A stretch of 64,000 bases of DNA from Terriglobia bacterium (GCA_041478355.1 JBGOVX010000002.1:7384-71383), one strand, 5' to 3'. Counted from the stretch's first letter, positions 1 through 9,928 are shown. Numbers and translations are program-made. The notes: generated from the letters alone by a model not told the origin.

Positions 1-60
1 CCGTCATACTGGGCGGGCCCTGGAGGTTCGAGCGCTGACACCCCGGAAAATTGTGAGACC

Positions 61-1074
61 ATGAGAGTACCCCGCGAATGTTCGCAAACAATTAAACCTG
101 TCGCGGTTCTGTTTTTTTGCATGCTCTCGCTCGCCGTATTGACTGCTACGTCCAGAACCACCTGGTCTCAAGGAAATCCACAAGACCGATCGGGCCAAGC
201 AAACCAATTCGAGATCAGATCGAATGTGAACTTGGTCGTTTTGCACATGAGTGTGCGAAACCGCGAGGGAACTCTTGTCGGAGACCTCGATAAAGATAAC
301 TTCCAGATTTACGAAGACGGGGTCCTCCAAGAAGTTGAGTCGTTTAGCCACGAAGACATTCCTGTCACATTAGGATTGGTTGTCGATAACAGCGGAAGCA
401 TGAAAGCAAAACGCCCTGAAGTTATTACCGCCGCAATGGCATTTGCACGCGCCAGCAATTCGCAAGATGAAATGTTTGTAGTCAACTTCAACGATACCGT
501 GTCGTTTGGCTTGCCGCAGAGCACACCCTTCACGGATCAACCGGCCCAATTGGAGGAGGCGTTGTCCAAAACCGATGCATCCGGCAGAACGGCGCTTTAC
601 GATGCCATTGCATACGCGCTGGGACACCTCAAAGATGCGAGCCATGACAAGAAAGCACTGATTGTTGTCAGTGATGGTGGCGATAACGCCAGTAAGCACA
701 CCTTACCTGAAATCACGGTTCTGACTGTGAAGTCGAATGCAATGATCTACACCGTGGGTCTGTTCGATCCGGACGATCCCGATCGGAACCCGCACGCGTT
801 AAAGGAGCTTGCAAAGGCTACTGGCGGGGAGGCCTTCTTGCCGGAATCAATCAAGGATGTCGTCACTATTTGTGAGCGAATCGCCCTTGAAATTCGAAAT
901 CAATATGCTACGGCCTATATCTCCTCGAATAAAAAACAAGATGGGACCTATCGGAGCGTCAGGGTCAAAATCAATGCGCCGCGTGATGGACGCTTTGTCG
1001 TCCGCACGCGCGCCGGCTATTACGCGCCTTCCAATGCCAATACTTTACCGAAAGCCACAGGCAAGCCCCTATGA
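61..1074 (+). CDS. Secreted von Willebrand factor type A (VWA) domain protein, acidobacterial VWFA-related type
   Basis: 337-aa ORF. Hydrophobic signal-like N-terminus (VAVLFFCMLSLAVLTA). MIDAS motif D-x-S-x-S in VVDNSGSMK, later SDGGDNAS. Stop overlaps the next start (ATGA at 1071-1074). Confidence 0.85.
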   Translation: MRVPRECSQTIKPVAVLFFCMLSLAVLTATSRTTWSQGNPQDRSGQANQFEIRSNVNLVVLHMSVRNREGTLVGDLDKDNFQIYEDGVLQEVESFSHEDIPVTLGLVVDNSGSMKAKRPEVITAAMAFARASNSQDEMFVVNFNDTVSFGLPQSTPFTDQPAQLEEALSKTDASGRTALYDAIAYALGHLKDASHDKKALIVVSDGGDNASKHTLPEITVLTVKSNAMIYTVGLFDPDDPDRNPHALKELAKATGGEAFLPESIKDVVTICERIALEIRNQYATAYISSNKKQDGTYRSVRVKINAPRDGRFVVRTRAGYYAPSNANTLPKATGKPL

Positions 1075-1757
1075 AACACCATATTCAACTGCAGCCAGGG
1101 CAACCGGCAGGCGCCAGTTCGTTGCTGTCTTGGAGTCGCAATATTTTATTCGTCATCGGCATAGTTGCGCTAAGCACCTATGGATACTCGGTGCTCGACG
1201 CAAGAATCTTTCAGGCATATCAGACTCAGCGATTTCAACAGGCGGTGAAGGAAGCGCAGCCATCAGCAATTGTGAATGCAAGTGTCAATCCACCAGCGAA
1301 AGTTCCATCGCCGGTGCAAATGACAAGTCGCAGCACCGCAATATTTACTATGACAGGCCAGGGAGACTCTCCGCTTGGCCAAATCGTGATACCAAGAATT
1401 GGTCTCGCTGTAATGATTGTCGAAGGAACGGGCAATCGCGCCCTGCGACGCGCAGTTGGACATATCCCACAAACCGCGCTGCCGGGGAAGCCCGGTAATG
1501 TCGGAATCGCGGGCCATCGCGACACGTTCTTCAGAAATCTGACCAATATCCAGAAGAATGACGAGATCACTCTAACCACACTAGACAGCTCCCATCGTTA
1601 TCTTGTGGATTTTTCTGAGGTGGTCGGTCCTGACCAAATCGAAGTCCTGGAGCCGTCCGCGAACGCGATCCTAACACTGGTGACCTGCTATCCCACCTGG
1701 TACATAGGACCTGCCCCGCAACGCCTAATCGTGCGTGCACACATGGTCCCTGAATAG
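1071..1757 (+). CDS. Sortase-family cysteine transpeptidase (membrane anchored)
   Basis: 228 aa. N-terminal TM (ILFVIGIVALSTYGY). Catalytic His in GIAGHRDTFF, Cys in TLVTCYP (TLxTC), Arg in QRLIVRAH. Translationally coupled to the upstream VWA gene. Confidence 0.8.
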   Translation: MKHHIQLQPGQPAGASSLLSWSRNILFVIGIVALSTYGYSVLDARIFQAYQTQRFQQAVKEAQPSAIVNASVNPPAKVPSPVQMTSRSTAIFTMTGQGDSPLGQIVIPRIGLAVMIVEGTGNRALRRAVGHIPQTALPGKPGNVGIAGHRDTFFRNLTNIQKNDEITLTTLDSSHRYLVDFSEVVGPDQIEVLEPSANAILTLVTCYPTWYIGPAPQRLIVRAHMVPE

Positions 1758-2001
1758 CTGAATCGAGTGTCTTCTCATAATGCGCAGGCAACCGAATATC
1801 GCTCTGAACACAACTAACCTAGAAGTAGGAGGGAAAATCCAGTAAACTCCACCACAGGCCTGATGGGAAGCCATAACGATACTTACGCTGGGTCGTAGGC
1901 AATGGCAGCGAAGGATACTTTTAAGGCAATGGAATCTTTGGCACATGGCGCGAGGCCTGTTCAAGTACATGACGCCGCAACTTCGAAAGGGGGACATTAT
2001 T

Positions 2002-2940
2002 ATGAAACTCCGATACATTGCGTGGCCAGTAATTCTTGGGCTGGTGATTGGCCTAAGCCTAGGCACACCATCTTGGGCAGCTCAACAACCTTCGTCCGGA
2101 ACAGTCCCGGTTAGCGTGGTGGTTTCGGTCGAGGCGCGACATGGCAAGGATATACCTGCCGTCAACCGGGAAGACGTAAGAGTTTTTCAAGGCCATGATC
2201 GGCTTCGAGTCACAGACTGGGTTCCTCAACAAGGAGACCGGTCGGGACTGGAATTATTCGTGCTGATTGACGAATCCAGCAGCCCGAGTGTCGGCTTGCA
2301 GTTTGATGACCTGCGCCGATTTATGGACGCGCAACCGGGCACGACTGCGATTGCCGTCGGGTACATGCAGAACAGCACGGTACGCGTTGCCCAGAACTTC
2401 ACATCGGATCATTCCGAAGCAGGAAAGGCATTGCGGATCCCGGTTGGATTTGCAGCTGGAGGAAGCAGTCCCTATTTATCGATCGTCGATGCACTGAAGC
2501 GCTGGCCGGAAAGCACCGCGCGACGCGCGATTTTCCTAATCTCAGATGGCACAGACCCGTTGCAGCCCGGCCGTATGAATTCCTATCTCGAAGCAGCCAT
2601 CACGCAGGCGCAACGAACCGGAACGCAGATCTATACAATCTATGCCTCGCGCGCGGGCCATTTTGGACACAGCCTCTGGAGAATCAACCAAGGGCAGAAT
2701 AATCTCTCGCAACTCGCGGACGAGACCGGAGGGGAAGCGTATTTCCAAGGCTCTGAGACCCCCATCGCTTTCGCGCCCTTCTTGGAACAGTTCGCGGATC
2801 GCCTCAGCCACCAGTACAAACTCACGTTTCTTGCCAAGCCCGAAACGAAATCAAGCTACCAGCATGTAAGGCTCGAAACCGAGGTGCCGAATGCTGAACT
2901 GGTGACCGCGGATAAAGTATTCGTCCCTGCGGCAAAATAA
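2002..2940 (+). CDS. Secreted VWA domain protein (second VWFA-type paralogue)
   Basis: ORF 1945-2940 trimmed to ATG 2002, which follows AAGGGGGA. Signal peptide MKLRYIAWPVILGLVIGLSLG. MIDAS DESSS (VLIDESSSPS), later SDGTDPL. Confidence 0.8.
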   Translation: MKLRYIAWPVILGLVIGLSLGTPSWAAQQPSSGTVPVSVVVSVEARHGKDIPAVNREDVRVFQGHDRLRVTDWVPQQGDRSGLELFVLIDESSSPSVGLQFDDLRRFMDAQPGTTAIAVGYMQNSTVRVAQNFTSDHSEAGKALRIPVGFAAGGSSPYLSIVDALKRWPESTARRAIFLISDGTDPLQPGRMNSYLEAAITQAQRTGTQIYTIYASRAGHFGHSLWRINQGQNNLSQLADETGGEAYFQGSETPIAFAPFLEQFADRLSHQYKLTFLAKPETKSSYQHVRLETEVPNAELVTADKVFVPAAK

Positions 2941-3038
2941 TCAGCGCTACGACCAGCCATCTTCGAAGGGAATATAGTCCGCACCATGTGCCGGACAATA
3001 GCCGTGACGCGCACCTGATGTTGAGTTAGAGTGCGGAC

Positions 3039-3527
3039 ATGCAGCCATTGGTAATCCTTCAGGCGCTGATTCTTTTGGCTGTTGCAAACGGCTCGCCTGT
3101 CATAGCCAAGGATATTCTAGGCAACTCATATGCATATCCGTTGGATGCCCGCCATAACTTCATAGACGGGCGGCCGTTATTTGGAGCATCAAAAACAATA
3201 CGGGGAATCTTGCTCTCTGTCCTGACCACATCGGCCTGTGCGCCGCTGGTCGGGTTGCAATGGACAATCGGGCTTACGGTGGGAAGCGTGGCCATGGCAG
3301 GCGATCTTTTCTCCAGTTTCCTAAAGCGCCGCATCAATCTGCCTTCCGGCGGCCGGGCGACTGGCCTTGATCAGATCCCTGAGTCTCTGTTCCCGCTCCT
3401 CGCCTGCCGCAATCTACTTTCGCTGACGATCGTGGATATCGTTGTGGTTGTTGGGCTCTTTTTTATTGGAGAAGTATTATTTTCTCGCGTGCTCTTTAAG
3501 TTCCATCTGCGCGACCGCCCATACTAG
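3039..3527 (+). CDS. CDP-archaeol synthase-like (CarS/DUF46 family) integral membrane protein
   Basis: 162-aa polytopic ORF. GASKTIRG and GDLFSSFLKRR match the two signature motifs I know for the CarS/DUF46 family. Size is typical for that family. Confidence 0.65.
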   Translation: MQPLVILQALILLAVANGSPVIAKDILGNSYAYPLDARHNFIDGRPLFGASKTIRGILLSVLTTSACAPLVGLQWTIGLTVGSVAMAGDLFSSFLKRRINLPSGGRATGLDQIPESLFPLLACRNLLSLTIVDIVVVVGLFFIGEVLFSRVLFKFHLRDRPY

Positions 3528-3541
3528 CGCGATGCCGGCGA

Positions 3542-4507
3542 TCAGGCGCAATGCAGGTGATGGAGTGTGATTTCCGGAGGGCAGTTGAAACGTACCGCGA
3601 CAATGCTCGATCCGGCGCCAACCGATGTGTAACCCACCATCGCATGGTATCTCCATGGCCCGGACCCCATGCTCCTTGGGAGCACTGAATCCAGAGTGAT
3701 CGGAATAGAACCGGGCAGGCAGACCTGGCCTCCATGGGTGTGCCCGCTTAAGAGTAAACGGAAACCGGCATGAGCTGCCTGGCGATAGATTTCCGGCGTA
3801 TGCGAAAGCAAGACAGAGAATTCGTCATCTGGAATTTGGGACGCGGCCTTTTCAATATTATCGGCTCGATAGTAGTGCGCGTCATCGATGCCGGCCAAAT
3901 GAATATGCTGGCTGCCACGCACAATCTTTTCGGACTCGTTGAGCAACATTCGTATTCCCATCTCTTCCAGCCCAGGAACCATGCGGATCGTGTCGTGATT
4001 GCCCAACACTCCATATACCGGCTGCTTAAAATGCGCCCGCACTTTTCTTAGACCTTCGAGGGCTGCGCTAAACGGGCCGAATGTCTTCGCCCGGTAGTCC
4101 CCGGTCAGGATACAAATATCATGCTTCACCCCTTGGAGAAGTTCGATCAAGCGCAGCATGGCGCCCGGGTTCATGTCCACGTGCATGTCACTGATGTGCA
4201 GTATGGTGAATCCGTCGAACAGTGATGGGAGATCCTTCAGCCGAATGTCATTGTGCCGTATCTGGATACATTGCGCGTTCTTGCATCCACGCCAGTACAG
4301 CCCGGTTAACTTTAAGATGACCCGAATGACGGAATGAATCGAGTACCAATTCTCAGGATGAAAGAAATTGATGCCCTGGCCGAATATTCGTTCCTCGTGG
4401 CCCATCTCCATTCCGAGTCTCTGCCTTGCGTGGACTCGCCCGAGGCGCTGCTCCAACTTTGCGACAAGTTCTTGCTCGGTGGGCGTGGGCAAAGAGTCTA
4501 TTGCCAA
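3542..4507 (-). CDS. Calcineurin-like metallophosphoesterase
   Basis: 321 aa. TTG start 6 nt after GAGGAG. Motifs HISDMHVD, GDY, GNHD, GHTHGG. Confidence 0.85.
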   Translation of the reverse strand: MAIDSLPTPTEQELVAKLEQRLGRVHARQRLGMEMGHEERIFGQGINFFHPENWYSIHSVIRVILKLTGLYWRGCKNAQCIQIRHNDIRLKDLPSLFDGFTILHISDMHVDMNPGAMLRLIELLQGVKHDICILTGDYRAKTFGPFSAALEGLRKVRAHFKQPVYGVLGNHDTIRMVPGLEEMGIRMLLNESEKIVRGSQHIHLAGIDDAHYYRADNIEKAASQIPDDEFSVLLSHTPEIYRQAAHAGFRLLLSGHTHGGQVCLPGSIPITLDSVLPRSMGSGPWRYHAMVGYTSVGAGSSIVAVRFNCPPEITLHHLHCA

Positions 4508-4600
4508 GTTTGCTCCTCAGCAGTTATCCGGTGATAATCCGCGGTAGGGCGTCCGCGCCGAATCTCCGGGTACTTTCATCATTCGTTTCGAGAACATGCA

Positions 4601-5038
4601 TTATTGCTTGGACGGACTGCGTATGATCTGGACAGAACACGGAGCGTGGCGAGCCACAAATTCCGCAACGCTTCCCAGCAAGAATCGCTGCAGACCCTTG
4701 CGTCCATGCGAACCAATGACGATCATATCCGCATGCCAGTCAGCCGCCGCGTCAATCATCATTGTTCTAATGTCGCCGAGCAGGACGGACGTATCTACTT
4801 TGAATCCGGCGCTACTCAGGGTATTTGCGGCCCGCTCGGCAATGTCCCGCCCCTCCTTGGTTTGCACTTGAAGTTCGGGAGCATAGTCGGCCGCCATTTC
4901 CGGGGGAACAAAATAAGTCAAAGGCGCCACCACGTGTAACACACGCACTTCCGTCGTTTTGGGATTGAATTGCGCGATTACCGCCCGTAGGGTCCCTTCA
5001 GAGGACTTCGGGTCTTCCACTCCAACTAAGATTTTCAT
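4601..5038 (-). CDS. Universal stress protein (UspA family)
   Basis: 145 aa. MKILVGV start and ATP-binding-type motif GSHGRKGLQRFLLGSV. ATG preceded by GGAGGA. Confidence 0.9.
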   Translation of the reverse strand: MKILVGVEDPKSSEGTLRAVIAQFNPKTTEVRVLHVVAPLTYFVPPEMAADYAPELQVQTKEGRDIAERAANTLSSAGFKVDTSVLLGDIRTMMIDAAADWHADMIVIGSHGRKGLQRFLLGSVAEFVARHAPCSVQIIRSPSKQ

Positions 5039-5085
5039 CGTTCCTCCATGTCGCTACCGCAAAAATGTAAACGCATCACGAGTTC

Positions 5086-6009
5086 CTAGAAGTCAGCCCA
5101 CTTCTTGAAGCGCGCCAACTTCATTCCTTCTTTCGGCCAGTTGGGGTGCACATGCTCAATCGCTAAATCCAACAAAAGTCCCTTCGATGAAGTCCAGAGT
5201 AAGAATTCAGGATGAGATGGCGCCTTGAGAGAAAACTTAAAAGCACGCCACTGCTGGTTCGCAGCCTCGATGTTTTCCTCGCCGAGATATTTGAGCTGGC
5301 CGTCCAGGATAGTGGGCCGCACAGGATCGTACGAGCTCGGCTGCTCAATGGATAGAAGTTGCACGTGGGTCCCGTGACTGGGGTCGCGCTCGGAGTGTCG
5401 AGTGAGGCTGCTCAGAGAAAATGGCGAAATAGGCCACAGCAGCCCAAATGGATGCTCCATAGGGATATGTAAAGCGATGGATTGCCGGGGATCGCGCGCT
5501 TCCGAGGAACAATGAAACTCTTTGGCCAGGAATTCGCAGTGGATGGGCCCGGAATCGGATCTCCATCTCAGCTTTGCGAACTCTGTCAACCGGATAACCG
5601 TCAGGTCGCGGGAAAGCTGGACGAGAAACCGGTCCGCATGTGGCACATCCCGCGGAGACTCGAATTTCCGTTCTCCCTCAACTTCATATTCTCTTCTTGC
5701 GGTCCGCCAAAGCGTCCACGATTCGTGAAAATCGTAAACTTCTTCCCCGAAAGGCCCGACCGCGCCGCTATTGCCTTCTTCATAGATTGCATATTCGCCC
5801 TCAGCAATTTTCGTCCGCGGCGTCTCTGGGCCAGGGGATGCGGACGTTGCGGAAGCTGGCTGGCGGGATTGTGGACCAACTTGCGCCGTGTGCGATAATC
5901 CACCGAACAATATTCCGGACAGAACTACGAAAAGTGAGAGGGCATAAAAGCTCTTCGGAGCTCCATAGCCGAAAGGGTTGCGACCCCTCGCATGTTTGAT
6001 GCTGTGCAT
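5086..6009 (-). CDS. Hypothetical membrane-anchored protein in the stress operon
   Basis: 307 aa. ATG follows GGAGG. One N-terminal TM (FYALSLFVVLSGILFGGL), a Ser/Pro-rich linker, then a ~230-aa domain with no motif I recognise. Lies 65 nt after the groEL stop and 47 nt before the USP start. Confidence 0.6.
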   Translation of the reverse strand: MHSIKHARGRNPFGYGAPKSFYALSLFVVLSGILFGGLSHTAQVGPQSRQPASATSASPGPETPRTKIAEGEYAIYEEGNSGAVGPFGEEVYDFHESWTLWRTARREYEVEGERKFESPRDVPHADRFLVQLSRDLTVIRLTEFAKLRWRSDSGPIHCEFLAKEFHCSSEARDPRQSIALHIPMEHPFGLLWPISPFSLSSLTRHSERDPSHGTHVQLLSIEQPSSYDPVRPTILDGQLKYLGEENIEAANQQWRAFKFSLKAPSHPEFLLWTSSKGLLLDLAIEHVHPNWPKEGMKLARFKKWADF

Positions 6010-6074
6010 GCAGACCTCCGGCCGGGAACCACTACCACGAACTTGTAAACTGTCGCCTAATTTGGAAAATCCCG

Positions 6075-7697
6075 CTACTCAAAAGATTCGCGTTGCGCCA
6101 CGCTCTCCTTTTTCTCTTCTGGTTTTTCGGTAAGCGTGGCCTCGGCCAATAGCAGCACGCTGGCAACCGAGACCGCATTTTCAAGCGCAATGCGAACCAC
6201 CTTTGTGGGATCGATAATTCCGGCCTCCACCAGGTCCAGATACTCGCAGCGGGCGGCATCAAAACCGAAGTTCCCCTTGCCTGACCGCATTCGGTCCACG
6301 ACCACTCCTCCATCCACGGTTGAGTTCTCCGCGATCTGGCGGGTAGGGGCCTCGAGCGCGCGCCGCAGAATCAAAAGACCCGTGCGTTCGTCTCCGGAAC
6401 AATTCTTCTCTTCGCCGTTGATCGCGTCAATCAGCCGTAGCAGAGAGAGACCACCTCCCGGCACAATACCTTCTGCCAGGGCGGCTTTCGTCGCGTTGAT
6501 GGCGTCTTCGATTGCTTCCTTGCGGTTTTTCATTTCCGTTTCGGATGGCGCACCGACGCGAATGACGGCCACGCCTCCTGCCAGCTTCGCCAGTCGTTCT
6601 TGAAGTTTCTCTTTGTCGTAGTCGGAAGTTGACTTTTCGATCTGCTTGCGAAGTTCGGCACAGCGGCCTTGAATCGCGGCCTTCGAACCACCGCCTTCGA
6701 TGATTGTGGTTTTGTCCTTGTCGATCAGCACGCGCTTTGCCTTTCCCAACTCGACAAGGGTGAGATTTTCCAGTTTTAGTCCAAGCTCTTCCGCGATCAC
6801 CTGACCGCCCGTGAGAATGGCAACGTCCTGCAACATGTCTTTCCGGCGGTCGCCGAACCCGGGCGCCTTCACAGCGGCGGAGATCAGTGTGCCGCGAACC
6901 TTATTCACGACAAGCGTGGCTAGCGCCTCCCCTTCCACATCCTCGGCAATGATCAACAAAGGCCGCCCGGCCTTGGCCACCTGCTCCAGGAGCGGGAGCA
7001 TGTCCTTCATATTCGTAAGCCTCTTTTCGTGAAGAAGGATCAACGGGTCGTCGAGCGCCACCTCCATTTTTTCCGGATCGGTAATGAAGTACGGCGAGAT
7101 AAATCCCCGGTCGAATTGCATCCCCTCGACAACTTCGAGCGCCGATTCGGTCGTTTTCGCTTCCTCGACCGTAATGACGCCCTCCGCTCCAACCTTCTCG
7201 TACGCATCGGCCACAAGTTCTCCGATAGTTTCATCATTGTGTGCTGAGATGGTGGCAATCTGAGCTTTCTCCAAGCGGCTGGCGACGGGCCGGGAAAGGG
7301 TCTTCAACGCTTCCACTGCGACGCGTAGACCTCGATCCAGGCCGCGCTTGAGGTCGACAGCGCTTGCCCCTGCCGCCACATTGTGCAGGCCTTCGGCAAA
7401 AATCGCGTGCGCCAGGATCGCCGCCGTGCTGGTCCCATCCCCCACCGTGTCGCCCGTGCGTTCCGAGGCCTCCCGGATCATCTGCGCCCCAAGGTTCGCT
7501 TCCGGATCCTCCAGCTCAATCTCCTTGGCAATGGTGATCCCATCGTTACAGACAATCGGTCTTCCCCACTTCTTCTGGATGAGCACACACTTGGACTTTG
7601 GTCCCAGCGTGATGCGCACAGCGTCGGCCAGCGCGGTGGCGCCACTGAGTATTTTCTCCCGCGCGGCAGATCGAAACAGTAAACGTTTTGAGGCCAT
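6075..7697 (-). CDS. groL: Chaperonin GroEL (60 kDa), divergent paralogue without adjacent GroES
   Basis: 540 aa with GroEL-wide similarity ([44 protein letters not shown]). Starts 11 nt after the DLH stop. C-terminus is charged ([17 protein letters not shown]), not Gly/Met-rich. Confidence 0.95.
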   Translation of the reverse strand: MASKRLLFRSAAREKILSGATALADAVRITLGPKSKCVLIQKKWGRPIVCNDGITIAKEIELEDPEANLGAQMIREASERTGDTVGDGTSTAAILAHAIFAEGLHNVAAGASAVDLKRGLDRGLRVAVEALKTLSRPVASRLEKAQIATISAHNDETIGELVADAYEKVGAEGVITVEEAKTTESALEVVEGMQFDRGFISPYFITDPEKMEVALDDPLILLHEKRLTNMKDMLPLLEQVAKAGRPLLIIAEDVEGEALATLVVNKVRGTLISAAVKAPGFGDRRKDMLQDVAILTGGQVIAEELGLKLENLTLVELGKAKRVLIDKDKTTIIEGGGSKAAIQGRCAELRKQIEKSTSDYDKEKLQERLAKLAGGVAVIRVGAPSETEMKNRKEAIEDAINATKAALAEGIVPGGGLSLLRLIDAINGEEKNCSGDERTGLLILRRALEAPTRQIAENSTVDGGVVVDRMRSGKGNFGFDAARCEYLDLVEAGIIDPTKVVRIALENAVSVASVLLLAEATLTEKPEEKKESVAQRESFE

Positions 7698-7708
7698 ACC
7701 CTAACACC

Positions 7709-8428
7709 TTATTTCGCTGGAATGACTTGCCGGGCCTGAGCCAGTCTGGCTTGCGTAAAGTGGCCAGAAAACCACTCGGAGGCAACTTTCGCCACTTCCT
7801 CCAAAGCTCCCGGCTCTTCGAATAAATGCGTTGCTCCGGGAATAATGACCAGCTCCTTTTCGCGGCAGCCAAGCCCAGCCAAGGCTTGCCGGTTTAAGTC
7901 GATCACCGGCTCGTCCTTTCCTCCAACGATCAGGAGAGTGGGCGCCTGCACAGAACTGAGCATCTTTCCGGCCAGGTCTGGTCTGCCGCCGCGGGATACG
8001 ACTGCTGCAATCGTGCCCGAGAATTGGGCTGCGGCCACCAGTGCAGCGGCGGCGCCTGTACTGGCGCCGAAATATCCCACGTTAAGTCCGCGCAGGTCCG
8101 GCTGGCGAAGCGCCCACCAGGCAGCGCCAACCAACCGTTTTGCCAACAAGGGAATGTTGAAGCGCAGTTGCGATGTCCGCTGGTCGACATGTTCTTCATC
8201 GGTCATAAGCAAGTCAAATAACAGGGTCGCAATTCCATGGGACTGAAGGACTTCGGCAACATAACGATTGCGCGGGCTATGGCGGCTGCTGCCACTCCCA
8301 TGAGCAAATAGAACGATGCCTCCCATATTTTCTGGAAGCCCCAAATTCCCTGTCAACGTAACTTTGGATAGCTCGATGGACACATTCTGTTCAGTTACTT
8401 TTTGTTCCGTCATTCGGCCTGGAATCAT
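7709..8428 (-). CDS. Dienelactone hydrolase-like alpha/beta hydrolase
   Basis: 239 aa. FAHGSGSSRHSPRN and nucleophile elbow GASTG. ATG follows AGGAAGGAG. Alternative start at 8413. Confidence 0.8.
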   Translation of the reverse strand: MIPGRMTEQKVTEQNVSIELSKVTLTGNLGLPENMGGIVLFAHGSGSSRHSPRNRYVAEVLQSHGIATLLFDLLMTDEEHVDQRTSQLRFNIPLLAKRLVGAAWWALRQPDLRGLNVGYFGASTGAAAALVAAAQFSGTIAAVVSRGGRPDLAGKMLSSVQAPTLLIVGGKDEPVIDLNRQALAGLGCREKELVIIPGATHLFEEPGALEEVAKVASEWFSGHFTQARLAQARQVIPAK

Positions 8429-8457
8429 GAGCAGACTCCTTCCTTCGCTGCCGCGAT

Positions 8458-9120
8458 CTACTGCGTGACACCCTTTGCGGGCTCTCGCGTATCCCGATGA
8501 AGCAGCTCGGCCACTTCCTCATCCGACACCTGTGAAAAATCCTCATAGAATTCGCCGATCCCGTAAAAGGACACCGGCAGATACACGCAGATGAGTTCAT
8601 CAACCTCGCGTCTGAGGCGCCTGCATGTGGAAGCAGGAGCCACCGGTGTTGCGACCACAAGTCGAGCCGGCTTCATCCGGCGCAATGCGTTGATCGCGAC
8701 CTGCATGCTGGAACCGGTGGCGATGCCATCGTCCACAAGAATGACCGTTTGACCTTCGACCATCAGGGGAGGCCGCCCGTCTCGATAGGCTTGCTCCCGG
8801 CGTTCCAGTTCCTGTCTCTCTTTCGCCGCGATCAACTCAATTTCCCGTTCAGGGATTTTTACCGCTTCCACAATTTCGTCGTCGAGAAAACGAAGCCCGC
8901 CGCTCGCAATTGCCCCGAATGCGAGTTCTTCCCTCCCTGGAACTCCCAGCTTGCGCACAACAAATACATCCAAAGGAGCATGCAATTCCGCCGCCACCTG
9001 GAACGCGACAGGCACCCCTCCGCGCGGAATGCCCAGGACGAGCACGTCCTTTTGTCCCTTGTACGCGTTAAGTAGCTTGGCTAGTTCGCGGCCGGCTTCC
9101 AGACGATCAAAAAAAATCAT
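8458..9120 (-). CDS. Phosphoribosyltransferase-family protein
   Basis: 220 aa. PRPP-binding loop ILVDDGIATGSSM and N-terminal GIPRGGVPVA. First gene of a five-gene same-strand run. Confidence 0.85.
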   Translation of the reverse strand: MIFFDRLEAGRELAKLLNAYKGQKDVLVLGIPRGGVPVAFQVAAELHAPLDVFVVRKLGVPGREELAFGAIASGGLRFLDDEIVEAVKIPEREIELIAAKERQELERREQAYRDGRPPLMVEGQTVILVDDGIATGSSMQVAINALRRMKPARLVVATPVAPASTCRRLRREVDELICVYLPVSFYGIGEFYEDFSQVSDEEVAELLHRDTREPAKGVTQ

Positions 9121-9139
9121 CGCCGCCCCCTTTTCGGAG

Positions 9140-9182
9140 ATTTTAAAACGAGAGCGCTAAATAGGCTGTGATGCTCATCACT
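9140..9182 (-). promoter_or_regulatory. Putative class II CRP/FNR-type promoter of the PRT-DLH-groEL-X-usp operon
   Basis: Gene-strand dyad AGTGA-TGAGCA-TCACA (9182..9167) and hexamer TAAAAT (9145..9140). The dyad centre is 29.5 nt from the first T of the hexamer. No -35-like hexamer. Confidence 0.45.
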
Positions 9183-9409
9183 TTCTCGCGTGACGCAGGC
9201 CACGCACCAGAGGTCACAATCGAAGCGGAGATGCGGTAGTGGTTCAGTTTGAAATGACAAATGCCGACAGCGTCTCGAAAAACCAGAAACGCATCGTCCT
9301 CAGCAAAACCATTGTGTATTCGCGGGGGAGGGTCACCGATTTCGTTCAGGGGAATGTTTCGCCAACTCGAAATGGTATCTCCGCGTCTTGGATAATCCTG
9401 CCACCTCGA

Positions 9410-9928
9410 TCAGGCATTCTGAGGGCTGGCGCCAGCCGAGCGACGCGAACGGGTTTTCGGCAACGCAATTTCTAGCATGCAATGGCTGAATCTCGCGGTT
9501 GCCGCTGTCGGCTCGACCTCTACAGGCAGATTAAGAACACGAACGATCTCCCGCCCCTGCAACTTGGAATAATTCCCTTCCACAGCGGGGGTTCCGGCGC
9601 AAGTCCGTTGTTTTCCGAATATGGCCACGCGGCGCGGCTCGATGCCGATCTCGATGGCGCCTTTTTCAAAACAGGATGCGGGAGCGGACACCAATATCCC
9701 TTCACTTCCCTCCATGAATCCCCCACTTAGTGGACCCACGACTTCGGATTCAGCGCACTGCCAGTCTCTCAGTTCCTGTCCAGGAGCGAAGCCACGCCCT
9801 TCGCTGATCTGAAATGCCCGCCGAGCCACCATGACATCAATCTTTTTAGTCAATTCACTGCGGTCGATCGGCATGATTCTAATGGCTCTACCGTTCCATG
9901 ATTGACTCGATGGACTTTGTTCTCGCAT
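9410..9928 (-). CDS. DUF2934-type N-terminus fused to a degenerate alpha-crystallin (Hsp20-like) domain
   Basis: ORF 9410-10036 trimmed to ATG 9928, which follows AAGGGGAG. ARRAFQISEGRGFAPGQELRDWQCAESE resembles DUF2934. The C-terminal half is collinear with the neighbouring Hsp20 (EPRRVAIFGK / EPRRLTITGK; LEIALPK / LNIEMPK). Confidence 0.7.
   Translation of the reverse strand: MREQSPSSQSWNGRAIRIMPIDRSELTKKIDVMVARRAFQISEGRGFAPGQELRDWQCAESEVVGPLSGGFMEGSEGILVSAPASCFEKGAIEIGIEPRRVAIFGKQRTCAGTPAVEGNYSKLQGREIVRVLNLPVEVEPTAATARFSHCMLEIALPKTRSRRSAGASPQNA

Noticed and set aside
4-351. 115-aa minus-strand ORF at the left edge of the window.
   Set aside because: It overlaps the 5' part of the VWA gene in antisense and has no motifs, so it is most likely spurious. 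The first 60 nt of the window appear non-coding.
1045-1062. LPKATG near the C-terminus of the first VWA protein, considered as a sortase sorting signal.
   Set aside because: It is LPxxTG rather than LPxTG. Only three residues (KPL) follow it, with no hydrophobic segment or basic tail, so it does not meet the definition of a cell-wall sorting signal. It is mentioned only as something to test.
5066-5079. TGTAA-N5-TCAC upstream of the USP gene, considered as another CRP/FNR site.
   Set aside because: The spacer is 5 nt rather than 6. The whole intergenic gap is only 47 nt, which is more consistent with read-through from the upstream genes.
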